NCBI GenBank assembly: GCA_965209055.1
Contig: OZ242374.1
Location: 640,001 to 704,000, forward strand
DNA length: 64,000 nt
Reading direction: 5' to 3'
From: Acidobacteriota bacterium
Lineage (GTDB): Bacteria; Acidobacteriota; UBA6911; RPQK01; JAJDTT01
The position numbers and the translations under genes are program-made. The notes below the pieces were generated by a model. The model saw only the letters and a list, made by a program, of their open reading frames with translations. It searched no databases and was not told the origin of the DNA. Shown here piece by piece: positions 28,560 to 38,411 of this stretch. Within the stretch, counting starts at the first letter, position 1; the number at the start of each line of letters is the position of its first letter.

Positions 28560-29300
28560 TCAACCGAATAGGTTCCTGGGGAGACCGGTCTGTTGGAACG
28601 CCTTGGCTCCCGCTTCGACGTGGCGCTTTCCCCGCTCCAGGGAGAAAGCCAGATGCGACGGGAGCAGAGCGTCGAAGTCGTAGTTCAGCAGCTTTTGCAT
28701 TGAGGCCGCGCAGTCCTGAATGCTCGAGTCACGGACGTTCTGGAGAACCACCGCACCGCCCCAGAACACCTGGTCACCTGCGATGAGATAGGTCCGGTCC
28801 CGTCCCTTCAGCAGGAGGGAATAGTGGCCGCTGCAGTGACCCGGAGTGGCGATGGACGTGAGTTCCAGACCTCCCACTTCGAACCGGTCCCCGTCCGCCA
28901 TTTCCCCCTCGACGTCACACGCCTCCCAGTGGAATTCCGCCGGATAGAAGCCGAAATCCTGTGCCCAGGCCAGACCGGTCTGTTCCGCATCCCCCTCGCG
29001 GATCGTCGGCGCGGCTTCCCTTCCGGCGATGACGGTGGCGCCCAGTTCGCGCTTCAGTTGAGCCAGCGCCCCCACATGGTCGGCGTGGTAGTGGGTGACG
29101 AAGATCCGGCGGATCTCCCCCGGATCCAGGCCGTCGTTCTCGATGTTGCGGAGGATCTTCCCGGGCCCGTCGAATCCGGCATCCACCAAGGCCAGTTCGC
29201 CTTCCCCCCGGATCACGAATACGTGACAGTCCATTCGATTGGAGATGTTGAAACCGGTGTCGCCGCCGCCCACCAGATAAACGTCTTCCGTCAGTTTCAT
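28560..29300 (-). CDS. Metallo-beta-lactamase fold hydrolase
   Basis: LVDAG, THYHADHVG, TPGHCSGH, IAGD, LPSH. Confidence 0.92.
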   Translation of the reverse strand: MKLTEDVYLVGGGDTGFNISNRMDCHVFVIRGEGELALVDAGFDGPGKILRNIENDGLDPGEIRRIFVTHYHADHVGALAQLKRELGATVIAGREAAPTIREGDAEQTGLAWAQDFGFYPAEFHWEACDVEGEMADGDRFEVGGLELTSIATPGHCSGHYSLLLKGRDRTYLIAGDQVFWGGAVVLQNVRDSSIQDCAASMQKLLNYDFDALLPSHLAFSLERGKRHVEAGAKAFQQTGLPRNLFG

Positions 29301-29338
29301 GTCACTCAGTCCTCAAAGGGAAAAAGCTTCGGGGGGCG

Positions 29339-30343
29339 TCACTCCACCAGGGACGGCGCGGCGGTTTCCTTCGGCGCGGCTGCGTCGTACGCCGCGGCCA
29401 GGCGGGAGTACTCCTGCTCCTTGGCGTCCATCTCCGCCTCGAGCCGCTGTCTCTCGTCCCGAATGATCTTGTTGGCGTTGGTCGAAGCCCATCGCGAGTT
29501 GGGAACGTTTTTCAGACCGTCGTGGAGCCTCTGCACATGCCCCTTGGCCGAACTCGCGGCCGGCCCTTCCACCACCGCCGCGCGGGCATAGGCCAACAGG
29601 GCGGTGTCGTAGTCGTGGGTCCGGGATGCGGCAAACCCGAGACGGAACGCGGCATAGCCGTGTCCGGGATTCATCTTCAGAGTCTGTTTCAGGTGCTCCA
29701 CCGCCACCTCAAGGTCCGAAACCGGCTTTTTGGGAGACTTGGTCCACACTTCGAGGATCGAACGCCCCATTGCATAATGTGCGTCCGCCGCCCAACCCTG
29801 CTTCATGGCGATCCAATCGGACGTGTTCTGGCCCATCGGTTTCTCCAACTGATCCAACAGGCCGAGGGCCCGGGTGGCGTAATCGCTTGCCCGGTCGATC
29901 CTTTTGCTCTCGGAGTAGATATTGGCCAATGGCGCCAGCAACTCGACCGTGTCGGGAAGCTCCAGCAGAGCCTCCTCTCCGTGCCGAATGAAACGATCGA
30001 CATCGTTGCGCGAAAAAGCCGCGTTGGCAATCGCAAGGTGGGCCCACGCGGTCAATCCACTGTCGGGAAACTTCTTCAGGAATCTCTCTGCCAACCGGGA
30101 CTGCTTGCGAACGTCGCTGGTCTCTCTGATCTCCTCCCACGCTCGGAATTCCTCTCGGGACCGGGGCTTGCCCACGGTGCGGGCTTCGTCCAGCACCTGG
30201 TCTTCTACGAACTCCACCGGCGGGTCACCCTCAGATTGTTTCTCGTCCTGAGGCGGGAGCGGGTGGGCTGGAGTGGTGGCCACCGTCATGGCCAGCAACA
30301 GAACGGAGGAAAGCAACCGCGGATTCTTCATCATGATGTCCAA
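29339..30343 (-). CDS. Exported TPR-like protein
   Basis: Signal peptide, FLKKFPDS motif, successive TPR-like helices. Confidence 0.7.
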   Translation of the reverse strand: MDIMMKNPRLLSSVLLLAMTVATTPAHPLPPQDEKQSEGDPPVEFVEDQVLDEARTVGKPRSREEFRAWEEIRETSDVRKQSRLAERFLKKFPDSGLTAWAHLAIANAAFSRNDVDRFIRHGEEALLELPDTVELLAPLANIYSESKRIDRASDYATRALGLLDQLEKPMGQNTSDWIAMKQGWAADAHYAMGRSILEVWTKSPKKPVSDLEVAVEHLKQTLKMNPGHGYAAFRLGFAASRTHDYDTALLAYARAAVVEGPAASSAKGHVQRLHDGLKNVPNSRWASTNANKIIRDERQRLEAEMDAKEQEYSRLAAAYDAAAPKETAAPSLVE

Positions 30344-30372
30344 ATCTACCTGATTCCAGAACTTCCGGCCAC

Positions 30373-30480
30373 GGACCGGCGGTTTCCTAGCCGCCCGTTC
30401 CTCCTCGCTCGGCCCATCATTTCAAGAATCGGCGGTTAGGAAACCGCCGCTCCGTCTCGGAGATTGGAAATCGACGCTCC
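30373..30480. repeat. Cluster of three REP-like palindromes
   Basis: GGACCGGCGGTTTCCTAGCCGCC; GAATCGGCGGTTAGGAAACCGCCGCTCC; CGGAGATTGGAAATCGACGCTCC. Confidence 0.75.
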
Positions 30481-30485
30481 ACGAT

Positions 30486-31970
30486 TCACGCCAACAGCTT
30501 GGTCACCACCTCGCCGCCCACGTCGGTCAGCCGGAAGTCTCGTCCCTGAAAGCGGTGGGTCAACCGGAGGTGGTCGATGCCGAAGAGATGGAGGATCGTG
30601 GCGTGGAAGTCATTGATGGAGACGGGCTCCTCCTCGACTCCCCAGCCGATGTCGTCCGTCCTGCCGATGACCTGTCCTCCCTGGATGCCACCGCCGGCCA
30701 TGAAGACGCTGAAGGCGAAGGGGTGGTGATCCCGGCCGGTGTTGATTTCCTCTTCTCCTCCGTTGTTCTCCGCCAACGGGGTCCGGCCGAATTCCGCGGC
30801 CCAGACGACCAGCGTCTCGTCCAGCATGCCGCGCTGCTTCAAGTCCTGAATGAGCGCGGCCACCGGCTGGTCGACGATCCCGCAGTTGGTGGGCAATTGT
30901 TTGTCCAGACTGCTGTGATGATCCCATGAGGCGTGATAGATGTTGACGAATCGTACGCCCCGTTCCACCAAGCGGCGGGCCAACAGGCAGTTGCGCGCGT
31001 AGCTGCCGAACACCCCGTTGGTGAAGCCGCGTCCTCGACTGCCGTCGGGATCTTTCCGGTTGACCCCGTACATCTCCAAGGTCTTCTCGCTTTCCTGGGA
31101 GAGGTCGATGAGTTCCGGCGTCGCTGACTGCATCCGGTACGCCAGCTCATAGGAGGCGATTCGAGACAGGATCTCGGGGTCGCGGGCCTGCTTGTAGTGC
31201 TGCCGGTTGAGCTGTTTCAGCGCCTCCAGGCTCCGGCGCTGGCATTCGTGCGGCAGGCCCTCAGGATTGGACAGGTGCAGCACCGGGTCTCCCTGGTTTC
31301 GGAAGAGCACCCCCTCGTAGCTCGAAGGCAGGAAGCCGCTGGACCAGTTGGAGGCGCCGCCGCTGGTCCCCCTGCCGGCCGTGAGCACGACGTAGCCCGG
31401 CAGGTCCTCCGACTCGCTGCCCAGGCCGTAGTTGATCCAGGAGCCCATCGACGGACGGCCGAAGGTGGGCACTCCCGAATTCATCATCAACTGTCCCGGA
31501 TGATGGTTGAAGGCCTCGGTGTGCATGGACCGGATCAAGGCGATGTCGTCGGCGCAGCCGCCGATATGGGGCAGGTATTCGGAGATCCTGATGCCCGATT
31601 CGCCATGTTTGGGAAACTTGGCATTGCTGCCCATCAGCACCGCCGACTCCTTTTTGATGAAGGCGAACCGGACCTTCTCCAACATGGACTCGGGCATGGG
31701 TTGGCCGTTCAGCTCCGTCAGTTTCGGCTTGGGATCGAAGAGGTCGATCTGGCTGGGAGCGCCCGCCATGAATAGGAATATGCAGCTCTTGGCCTTGGCC
31801 GGGAGATGGGTCGACATCATCTGCTGTCCCAGGGTTCCGGCGGCATTCGCCTGCCCCAGGAGTCCCTTCTCCGCCAGCATCGTCGTCAGGGCGATACCAC
31901 CCAGACCGCTGGCGCTGCTGGTCAGGAAGTCTCGACGCGATTCCAGAATTTTTTCCCTCAAAGAACTCAT
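30486..31970 (-). CDS. DUF1501 domain protein (Tat-exported)
   Basis: SRRDFL, FMAGAPSQIDLFDPKP, CLLARRLVERGVRFV, WDHH, EFGRTP, GRDHHP. Confidence 0.93.
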   Translation of the reverse strand: MSSLREKILESRRDFLTSSASGLGGIALTTMLAEKGLLGQANAAGTLGQQMMSTHLPAKAKSCIFLFMAGAPSQIDLFDPKPKLTELNGQPMPESMLEKVRFAFIKKESAVLMGSNAKFPKHGESGIRISEYLPHIGGCADDIALIRSMHTEAFNHHPGQLMMNSGVPTFGRPSMGSWINYGLGSESEDLPGYVVLTAGRGTSGGASNWSSGFLPSSYEGVLFRNQGDPVLHLSNPEGLPHECQRRSLEALKQLNRQHYKQARDPEILSRIASYELAYRMQSATPELIDLSQESEKTLEMYGVNRKDPDGSRGRGFTNGVFGSYARNCLLARRLVERGVRFVNIYHASWDHHSSLDKQLPTNCGIVDQPVAALIQDLKQRGMLDETLVVWAAEFGRTPLAENNGGEEEINTGRDHHPFAFSVFMAGGGIQGGQVIGRTDDIGWGVEEEPVSINDFHATILHLFGIDHLRLTHRFQGRDFRLTDVGGEVVTKLLA

Positions 31971-31973
31971 GTC

Positions 31974-34900
31974 CTACTCCCGAGTGACAAACTCGTCCAG
32001 GTTGAGGATGGTGCGCGCCACCGTCGTCCAGGCGGCGGCCTGCTCCTGGGACAGCTCGCCGGGGAATCCCGGCCCCGCGACCTTGGCGGCCGACCCTTCC
32101 CCCGCTGCGAAGACCTGTTCCTGGTCGTCCAAAAGCTTCGTCAGAACGCTCAGTTCGACCGGGTCCGGCTCTCTCGCCAACGCTCTCCGAAACGCGTAGC
32201 GGAGCCGGTCCTCGTCCGTGGACTTCACCTCGGAGGTGATCTTCCTGGCGAACGACCGGGCGCAGTCGACGAAGACGTGGTCGTTGAGCAGCGTCAACGC
32301 CTGCAGCGGCGTGTTGGACCGGGTTCGGCGAATACAGGCGGTGTTGGAGTCCGGGCTGTCGAAGGTCATGAGCATGGGATACGGAACCGTGCGCTGAAAA
32401 TGGATGTAGAGCCCGCGGCGGTACTTGTCTGTCCCCCGACTCTCCGGCCATTTGACGCCGGAACTGTACCCCACCTTCGCCACGTCTTCGGGCAGAGGCG
32501 GACGAATGCTCCGGCCGCCCACCCGGCGTTCCAACAGGCCTCCCACGGCCAGGAAGAGATCCCGGGTGACTTCCGACTCCACGCGGAATCGGCTCTGCCG
32601 GGACAACCACACGTTGTTGGGATCGGTCTTGAGGAGTTCCGGATCTACTTGAGAGGACTGCTGATAGGTCGATGACAGAACGATCGTTTCGATCAGGTCC
32701 TTGCGGCTCCAGCCCAGATTCACGAACTCGCGGGTGAGCCAGTCCAAAAGTTCCGGGTGGGAAGGCTTCTCTCCACGGGTCCCGAAATCGTCGCTGGTCG
32801 CCACCAGTCCCCGTCCGAAGAGCTTTTCCCAGATTCGATTGACCTCCACGCGGCCCGTGAGCGGATTGGACGGGCCCACGATCCACCGGGCCAGGTCGAG
32901 GCGATCCGGCCGTTCTCCCCGCCAACGCATGGGAGGCAGCACGCCTGGAGTTCCCGGCATCACTTGACGGCCCTTGCGCAGGAAATCGCCCCGGAGGTGG
33001 ATATGGGTCTTGGGCGGTTCCGGGTTCTGGGCGATGGTCTGGGCCAGCGTCTCGGGGACCTGAGGCATCGCCTTGTGATGCCCTTCCAGTGCGGCGTGCC
33101 ATTCCCGCATCCGCGGCTGCTGGTCGACGGCGTAGTCCAGCAGCAAGGCGGTCTGCTCGTCGGACCGGTCCCGCGGCGCCACGGCCAGCACCCGCTCCAC
33201 GTCGATGGGGACCAGGGACTGCAGCAACTCCCTCGGGGCCGTCGTCGCCGAAAGCCGGAACCGGCCCATGGTCCGGTGGTCGCCAAGGCGCTGCTCCAGC
33301 TTGAAATGGAAGGTGATTCCGGATGAAGAACCGGCGTCCTCCTTGAGGATCACGACGATCTGACGGTTGTGGTTGGGTCCGTCGAGTCCACCCGGCGACC
33401 AACCGGTCACCTCTTCCCCGTCGACGGCTCGAGAAACCTCGAACCCGTCCAGCTCCTGCAATGCCACCGCCGAATCGATCTCCAGCTCCTGGGGTTCCTT
33501 GCCCTCTTCACCCGTTGAAGCTTCAATGCCCACTTCCGAAAGCGCGAATTCTCCCTGGGCGGCCCGGCCCGGACCCGAATTCGGAAGCGTCGGGTCCTTG
33601 AGCGCCTCGATCCGGAACGCGGTGATTCCGGCCAGCGAGCTCCTCACCTCGACCTTGTAGTTGTTGTGGGCGGGATTGGCGCCCCGGGCCAACAGGCTGC
33701 CGTCCTCCTGCTTGACCAGCTCGGCCTCCTTGGAGTCGGTGGTGGTGAAGCTGACCGGATCGAGCACCTGCCACCGGCCCAGCAGAGGATACGGATTGCG
33801 GGCCTCCCAATCGGTGAGCTTCGGGGCCAACTCCTCCTCCAGAGGCGCTCGCTCGGCCTCCATCTTCCCCATGAGCATCTCCTGCCTCAGGTCCCATTCC
33901 CGCTTGGCTCGCCAATAGGCCGCCATCTCCGGTTCCAGGGTCGCCGGGAGGTTCTTTTCCTCCGCTTCGTTGAGAAAGGCGAAGAGCTCGTAATATTCCT
34001 GCTGAGAAAGGGGGTCGTACTTGTGGTCGTGGCACTGGGCGCAGGCCATGGTCAGGCCCAGAAAGACCGAGGCCGTGGTGTTGGTCCGGTCCACGATCTG
34101 CTCGATGCGAAACTGCTCCTTGTCGACTCCCCCCTCGCGATTGGTGAGGGTGTTGCGGTGAAACCCGGTCGCCACGCGCTGTTCGATCCCGGCATCCGGC
34201 AGCAGGTCTCCCGCCATCTGCTCGATGACGAACCGGTCATACGGGAGGTCCCGGTTGATGGCCTCGATCACCCACTCCCGGTAGCGCCACGCGTGGGGGC
34301 GGACGCCGTCCTTCTCGAATCCGTCGCTGTCGGCATAGCGGGCCAGATCCAGCCAATGCCGGGCCCAGCGTTCCCCGTAATGGGGCGAGGCAAGGAGCTG
34401 GCGGACCAGCCGTTCATAGGCATTGGGGAGCGGGTCGTTTACGAACGCCTCCACCTCGGCGGGGGTGGGCGGGAGTCCCAGCAGGTCCAGGTGCAGTCTT
34501 CGAACCAGGGTTTCCCGGGAGGCCCGGGACGAGGGCTGGAGTCCCCGTGTTTCCAGGGCTTCCAGCACGAACGAGTCGATGGGATGCCGAACCCAGTCCG
34601 GGTTGCGCGCCGCCGGGACTGCGGGGGCGCTGATCTCCTGAAACGACCAATGGCCGTTCGCGCCCGCCTGCAGGCCGGCGCCGGCGCCGTCAGTCTCCGC
34701 CGGCCATGAGGCGCCTTCGTCGATCCAGGCGCGGAGGCGGTCGATGAGGTCGGCGCTCAGCGGATCGCCTTGAAGCGGCATGATCATGCCGCCCGCCCCC
34801 GAGACCATCTGGATCAATCGGCTGGCCGAGCTGTCGCCCGGGACGATGGCGGGACCCGAGGCGCCACCCTTGAGGGCCGATTCCCGGAGATCGAGGCGCA

Positions 34901-35078
34901 GACCGCCGGACGCCTGCCCGGGACCGTGGCAATGGTGGCATCGCTGGCTGAAGATGGGCTCGATGTCCCGCTTGAAATCCGGTGCTCCGGCCGATTGATT
35001 CTGACCCAGGCCGGGCACTGCCACGAGCGCCAGGGAGAACAGAACCAGTCCTGAATACCACCGCCGATAAACCAGCAT
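31974..35078 (-). CDS. Planctomycete cytochrome c (PSCyt1) + DUF1549 + DUF1553 (PSD1) protein
   Basis: CHHCH, HWSF, YGERWARHWLDLARYADSDG, CAQCHDHKYDP, PSHPELLDWL, SNTPLQALTLLN. Confidence 0.93.
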   Translation of the reverse strand: MLVYRRWYSGLVLFSLALVAVPGLGQNQSAGAPDFKRDIEPIFSQRCHHCHGPGQASGGLRLDLRESALKGGASGPAIVPGDSSASRLIQMVSGAGGMIMPLQGDPLSADLIDRLRAWIDEGASWPAETDGAGAGLQAGANGHWSFQEISAPAVPAARNPDWVRHPIDSFVLEALETRGLQPSSRASRETLVRRLHLDLLGLPPTPAEVEAFVNDPLPNAYERLVRQLLASPHYGERWARHWLDLARYADSDGFEKDGVRPHAWRYREWVIEAINRDLPYDRFVIEQMAGDLLPDAGIEQRVATGFHRNTLTNREGGVDKEQFRIEQIVDRTNTTASVFLGLTMACAQCHDHKYDPLSQQEYYELFAFLNEAEEKNLPATLEPEMAAYWRAKREWDLRQEMLMGKMEAERAPLEEELAPKLTDWEARNPYPLLGRWQVLDPVSFTTTDSKEAELVKQEDGSLLARGANPAHNNYKVEVRSSLAGITAFRIEALKDPTLPNSGPGRAAQGEFALSEVGIEASTGEEGKEPQELEIDSAVALQELDGFEVSRAVDGEEVTGWSPGGLDGPNHNRQIVVILKEDAGSSSGITFHFKLEQRLGDHRTMGRFRLSATTAPRELLQSLVPIDVERVLAVAPRDRSDEQTALLLDYAVDQQPRMREWHAALEGHHKAMPQVPETLAQTIAQNPEPPKTHIHLRGDFLRKGRQVMPGTPGVLPPMRWRGERPDRLDLARWIVGPSNPLTGRVEVNRIWEKLFGRGLVATSDDFGTRGEKPSHPELLDWLTREFVNLGWSRKDLIETIVLSSTYQQSSQVDPELLKTDPNNVWLSRQSRFRVESEVTRDLFLAVGGLLERRVGGRSIRPPLPEDVAKVGYSSGVKWPESRGTDKYRRGLYIHFQRTVPYPMLMTFDSPDSNTACIRRTRSNTPLQALTLLNDHVFVDCARSFARKITSEVKSTDEDRLRYAFRRALAREPDPVELSVLTKLLDDQEQVFAAGEGSAAKVAGPGFPGELSQEQAAAWTTVARTILNLDEFVTRE

Positions 35079-35196
35079 AAGTCGCTCAACAATATGGATT
35101 TGGCACGATTTTACCAGAACCCCCTTGAACCGGGAAAGAGAGAGGAGTACAGGTTATGAACGGGAAGGGAGTCCGACCATTCAAGGAGGCTGGAAC

Positions 35197-36243
35197 ATGA
35201 CACTTCAACAGGGATGGAGCCGCCGCAGGTTTCTCGGCACCGCTTTCGTCGCGCCGGCGATGCACCGGAGCTCATTCACGACACCGGCGCCTCCTGAAAA
35301 GCCAGGTGGAAAGCCTGCTCTGGTCATCGACAACCACGGACATGTCGGGGCCCTGAAGCCCGAGGATCTCGTGGAGGGCTACAATCCACAATTGGACAGC
35401 ACCATCTTCCAGGTCACCGAATCCAAACTCGGGCTGTCTCCCCGCCAACTGATTGAAGTGATGGATGCCCACGGAGTGGACATGGCGGTGCTCCACACGC
35501 TCAGAGTGTGGGCCAACAAGTATCAGGCCCGGGTCCTGCGGGAGTTCCCCAACCGATTCATTTCCGTGTGCAAGCTCGACGAGCAGCAAGCGTACAAGAG
35601 TGAAGAAATTGACAAGCTTCATCGCTACGTCGGAGATTGGGGTTTCCGGGGGCTGTACTACGATCCTCCTCCCGGCTCCGATGGCCACGACAGCCTGGCC
35701 ACGCCCAAATACGATCCCTTGTGGAAGGCGGTGGACTCACTGAAGATAACCGTCTCCTTCGTGACTTACACCGGCAGCCCTGCCATCGGCTACGGATCGA
35801 ATTTCGAGAGCCTGTGGCCCATTCTGCTGCGGTTGCTGGAGAAATTTCCCGACCTTCCGGTCGTCATCGTTCATGGGATCCCGCCCCAGCCCTGCCTTCA
35901 GCCGGACAACTCGGTCAGGCTCCCGAAAAAGGCCATCCGGCTGGTCAAGGAACACAACGTGATCCTTGGCATTCTGGCGGGACACCTGAACTATGGACCC
36001 AACGACGAAGTCCTCAAGAGCCTCTACGACAACTTCGGTCCAGGAAAACTGGCTTGGGGTTCGGAATTCGTCAAGAAGGGACTGAGCAGTCCAGCCGAGT
36101 ACTCCCGGAGGTTCCACTACCTGCAAAACAACTGCCCCTACATGTCCCAGGAGGACCTGAGCCTCATCCTGGGTCGGAACGTCCAGCGACTCTACCGCCT
36201 GGAGCCGAAGGCTGCCGGACTTCAGTCCCCGCCGCGAGCATGA
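35197..36243 (+). CDS. Amidohydrolase family protein (amidohydro_2-like), Tat-like N-terminus
   Basis: SRRRFL, IDNHGH, VHG, WGSEF, ILGRNVQRLY; SD AGGAGG. Confidence 0.8.
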   Translation: MTLQQGWSRRRFLGTAFVAPAMHRSSFTTPAPPEKPGGKPALVIDNHGHVGALKPEDLVEGYNPQLDSTIFQVTESKLGLSPRQLIEVMDAHGVDMAVLHTLRVWANKYQARVLREFPNRFISVCKLDEQQAYKSEEIDKLHRYVGDWGFRGLYYDPPPGSDGHDSLATPKYDPLWKAVDSLKITVSFVTYTGSPAIGYGSNFESLWPILLRLLEKFPDLPVVIVHGIPPQPCLQPDNSVRLPKKAIRLVKEHNVILGILAGHLNYGPNDEVLKSLYDNFGPGKLAWGSEFVKKGLSSPAEYSRRFHYLQNNCPYMSQEDLSLILGRNVQRLYRLEPKAAGLQSPPRA

Positions 36244-36465
36244 ACGTCCGGGAAGGCTCGCCGGACGCACAACATCTATCTTTTCTGTTCCCCCCTTAAA
36301 TGGCCAGAAATAGAAACATAAACATATTGATATACCGGAACCAAATGGCCTTTCCCACTCTTTTAACCCCCTAATTAATCATCCTTTTTGCATCGGCATT
36401 TGGATCTCCCTACGGGAGATCTCATTGGGGGAAGCGGGGCGGCTGTCGGTGACGGACACCTCTGC

Positions 36466-36495
36466 TTGTTTTCCCCACGTCTCCTGATGTAGAAT
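36466..36495 (+). promoter_or_regulatory. Possible sigma70 promoter for the PPC/PSD1/DUF1501 operon
   Basis: TTGTTT-N18-TAGAAT 35 nt upstream of ATG 36531. Confidence 0.45.
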
Positions 36496-36530
36496 TTTGA
36501 TCAGCAGTACGCCTAACGGAGATCTCTACA

Positions 36531-38390
36531 ATGCGATCCATTCCGGCCCTTCTGATTCTGGCTTTCCTTTCGGTTCAACTCGAAGCCGCAGATCCGCCTG
36601 CCAGGCCCAAGCTGGTCTCCCTGTATCCCCTGGGAGGACAGGCGGGGGACACGCTCGAAGTCGAGCTCGTGGGCAAGCATCTGGACCCGCTCCAGGTGGC
36701 CTGGTTTCGTTACGATCAAGTGGAGGCGGAGGTCCTGAAGCTGGAACGGACCGAGGAAGTCGAAAAGGCCGGCGCCGGCCAGGAGCAGGGCGCCGAATCC
36801 AAGCCGTATCAGGGGAAATACCGGGCGCTTCTGAAAGTTCGTATCTCCCCCGACGCCGAATTGGGAGCCCACTACTTCCGCGCCGTGACCCCCGGCGGGA
36901 TCTCCAACCCGCTGAGGTTCCGGGTCACTTCCGAGCCCAACGTGCTTGAAGTCGGCGCCAAACACAACGAGTTGGACACCGCCCAGCCCATCGATGGCTT
37001 CCCGATCGTGATTCAGGGCAGCCTGCCGGAGCTGGGCGAGGTGGATTTTTACGCGTTGCAGGCCACCCGCGACCAGGTTCTCTGCTTCCAGGTGGACTTC
37101 TTCTCGAGCACCGCTCCGCTCGGCCTGTGGACGATGCGGCCGAAGCTGAGCATCCATGAGCGGGGAGGCAGTTGGTTCGATCCCGGCCGCGATCATCGAC
37201 TGGTCATCAACGACCCCATGCAGCATCGGCCGACCTTGGCCTACAAATTCCCCAGGGACGGCGAATTCTTTCTGGCCGTGGCGGAGGTTTCGGGCAAGGT
37301 CGGGATGTTTGAGAATCCCGGCTACCAGTTGAAGGTCTTCCCCGGCGGGGCTGCCGGGGAGGCACCCTGTTCCTTCACCGCGGATCGGCCCGCCCATGAC
37401 GGACCCCTGCAATGGACCTGGGCGGGAGAAGCTGCCCAGGCCCTCGTGCCCATGGTGTCCGAACGGGACTTCGGCCGGAAGATCGAAGCGGATTGGATCG
37501 AGAGACTGCATGCCAGGGGCGTCCCGGAAGAAACCAACGAGGCGTCTGGCGGAGGCATCTCGTTCGAGTCTTTCGCCGAACAGGAGCCGAATGACCAGCC
37601 GGCACAAGCTCTCGACGTGGGAGCCATCCCCGCGGCTCTGGAAGGGACCATCGGCGGGCCGGGTGACATCGACACCTTCAAGTTCAAGGTGGCCGACGGA
37701 ACCCTCGTCGCATTCGAGATCGAGACCCCGCTGAGGAAACCGTCATTTTTCGTCCCCTGGATGAAGGTCACAAACGCCGACGGCGAGGAAGTCGTGGAAA
37801 ACCTCAATAAAGTGTGGGGCAGAAGCGGGAACTTCGTCGTCAAGCACCTGGAGGCGAAGACGGTCTACACCTTTGAGAAGGGGGGCGAGTACACCCTCCA
37901 GGTTCGCGACATCACATCCCGGAACGGAGGTTCCGATTTCAGGTACAGAGTGCTGGTCCGGGACCAGGTTCCGCACGTGGGATCGATCCGGCCTGAGGAA
38001 GATCACCTTCGGATCACGCCCGGCCAGTCCAGCACGCTGGAGTTGTCCGTGGACCTGGAAGAGGGATTCCAGGGCGACGTCCTGCTCAGCGTCAATAACC
38101 TTCCGCCCGGCGTGAAGGCGTTTCCGGTCATGGCGCGTCCGAAGGAGACCCGGTCGACGGAGGACCTGCCTCCATTGAGGGACCAGAAACGCTACAAGCC
38201 GGCTACGCAAAGGGCCATGATCGCGTTGATGGCCGACTCCAGCGCCTCGCCGAGCCGTACCCCCTGGCTCATCGATCTGACGGCCCGGCCCATCAACGGG
38301 GGAAAAATGGGAGAGGCATTCGCCATCGGCACGCTCCCGCTGCTGGTGGATGGGAGTGAGAAAGAGCGGCAGCTCGCCTCCAATCGGTAA
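36531..38390 (+). CDS. Exported PPC (pre-peptidase C-terminal)-like domain protein
   Basis: Signal peptide, SLYPLGGQAG, GISNP, EQEPND, GDIDTFKF, GEYTLQVRD; typical neighbour of PSD1/DUF1501 genes. Confidence 0.78.
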   Translation: MRSIPALLILAFLSVQLEAADPPARPKLVSLYPLGGQAGDTLEVELVGKHLDPLQVAWFRYDQVEAEVLKLERTEEVEKAGAGQEQGAESKPYQGKYRALLKVRISPDAELGAHYFRAVTPGGISNPLRFRVTSEPNVLEVGAKHNELDTAQPIDGFPIVIQGSLPELGEVDFYALQATRDQVLCFQVDFFSSTAPLGLWTMRPKLSIHERGGSWFDPGRDHRLVINDPMQHRPTLAYKFPRDGEFFLAVAEVSGKVGMFENPGYQLKVFPGGAAGEAPCSFTADRPAHDGPLQWTWAGEAAQALVPMVSERDFGRKIEADWIERLHARGVPEETNEASGGGISFESFAEQEPNDQPAQALDVGAIPAALEGTIGGPGDIDTFKFKVADGTLVAFEIETPLRKPSFFVPWMKVTNADGEEVVENLNKVWGRSGNFVVKHLEAKTVYTFEKGGEYTLQVRDITSRNGGSDFRYRVLVRDQVPHVGSIRPEEDHLRITPGQSSTLELSVDLEEGFQGDVLLSVNNLPPGVKAFPVMARPKETRSTEDLPPLRDQKRYKPATQRAMIALMADSSASPSRTPWLIDLTARPINGGKMGEAFAIGTLPLLVDGSEKERQLASNR

Positions 38391-38411
38391 GAGCTGCAAG
38401 GAACAGGCACC

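Noticed and set aside
28414-28563. N-terminal 50 aa of the C39 ORF as called in the track
   Set aside because: Runs through three REP palindromes and precedes the signal peptide; treated as intergenic.
28560-29300. Beta-lactam resistance gene
   Set aside because: Generic cytoplasmic MBL-fold hydrolase with no signal peptide; no evidence for class B beta-lactamase.
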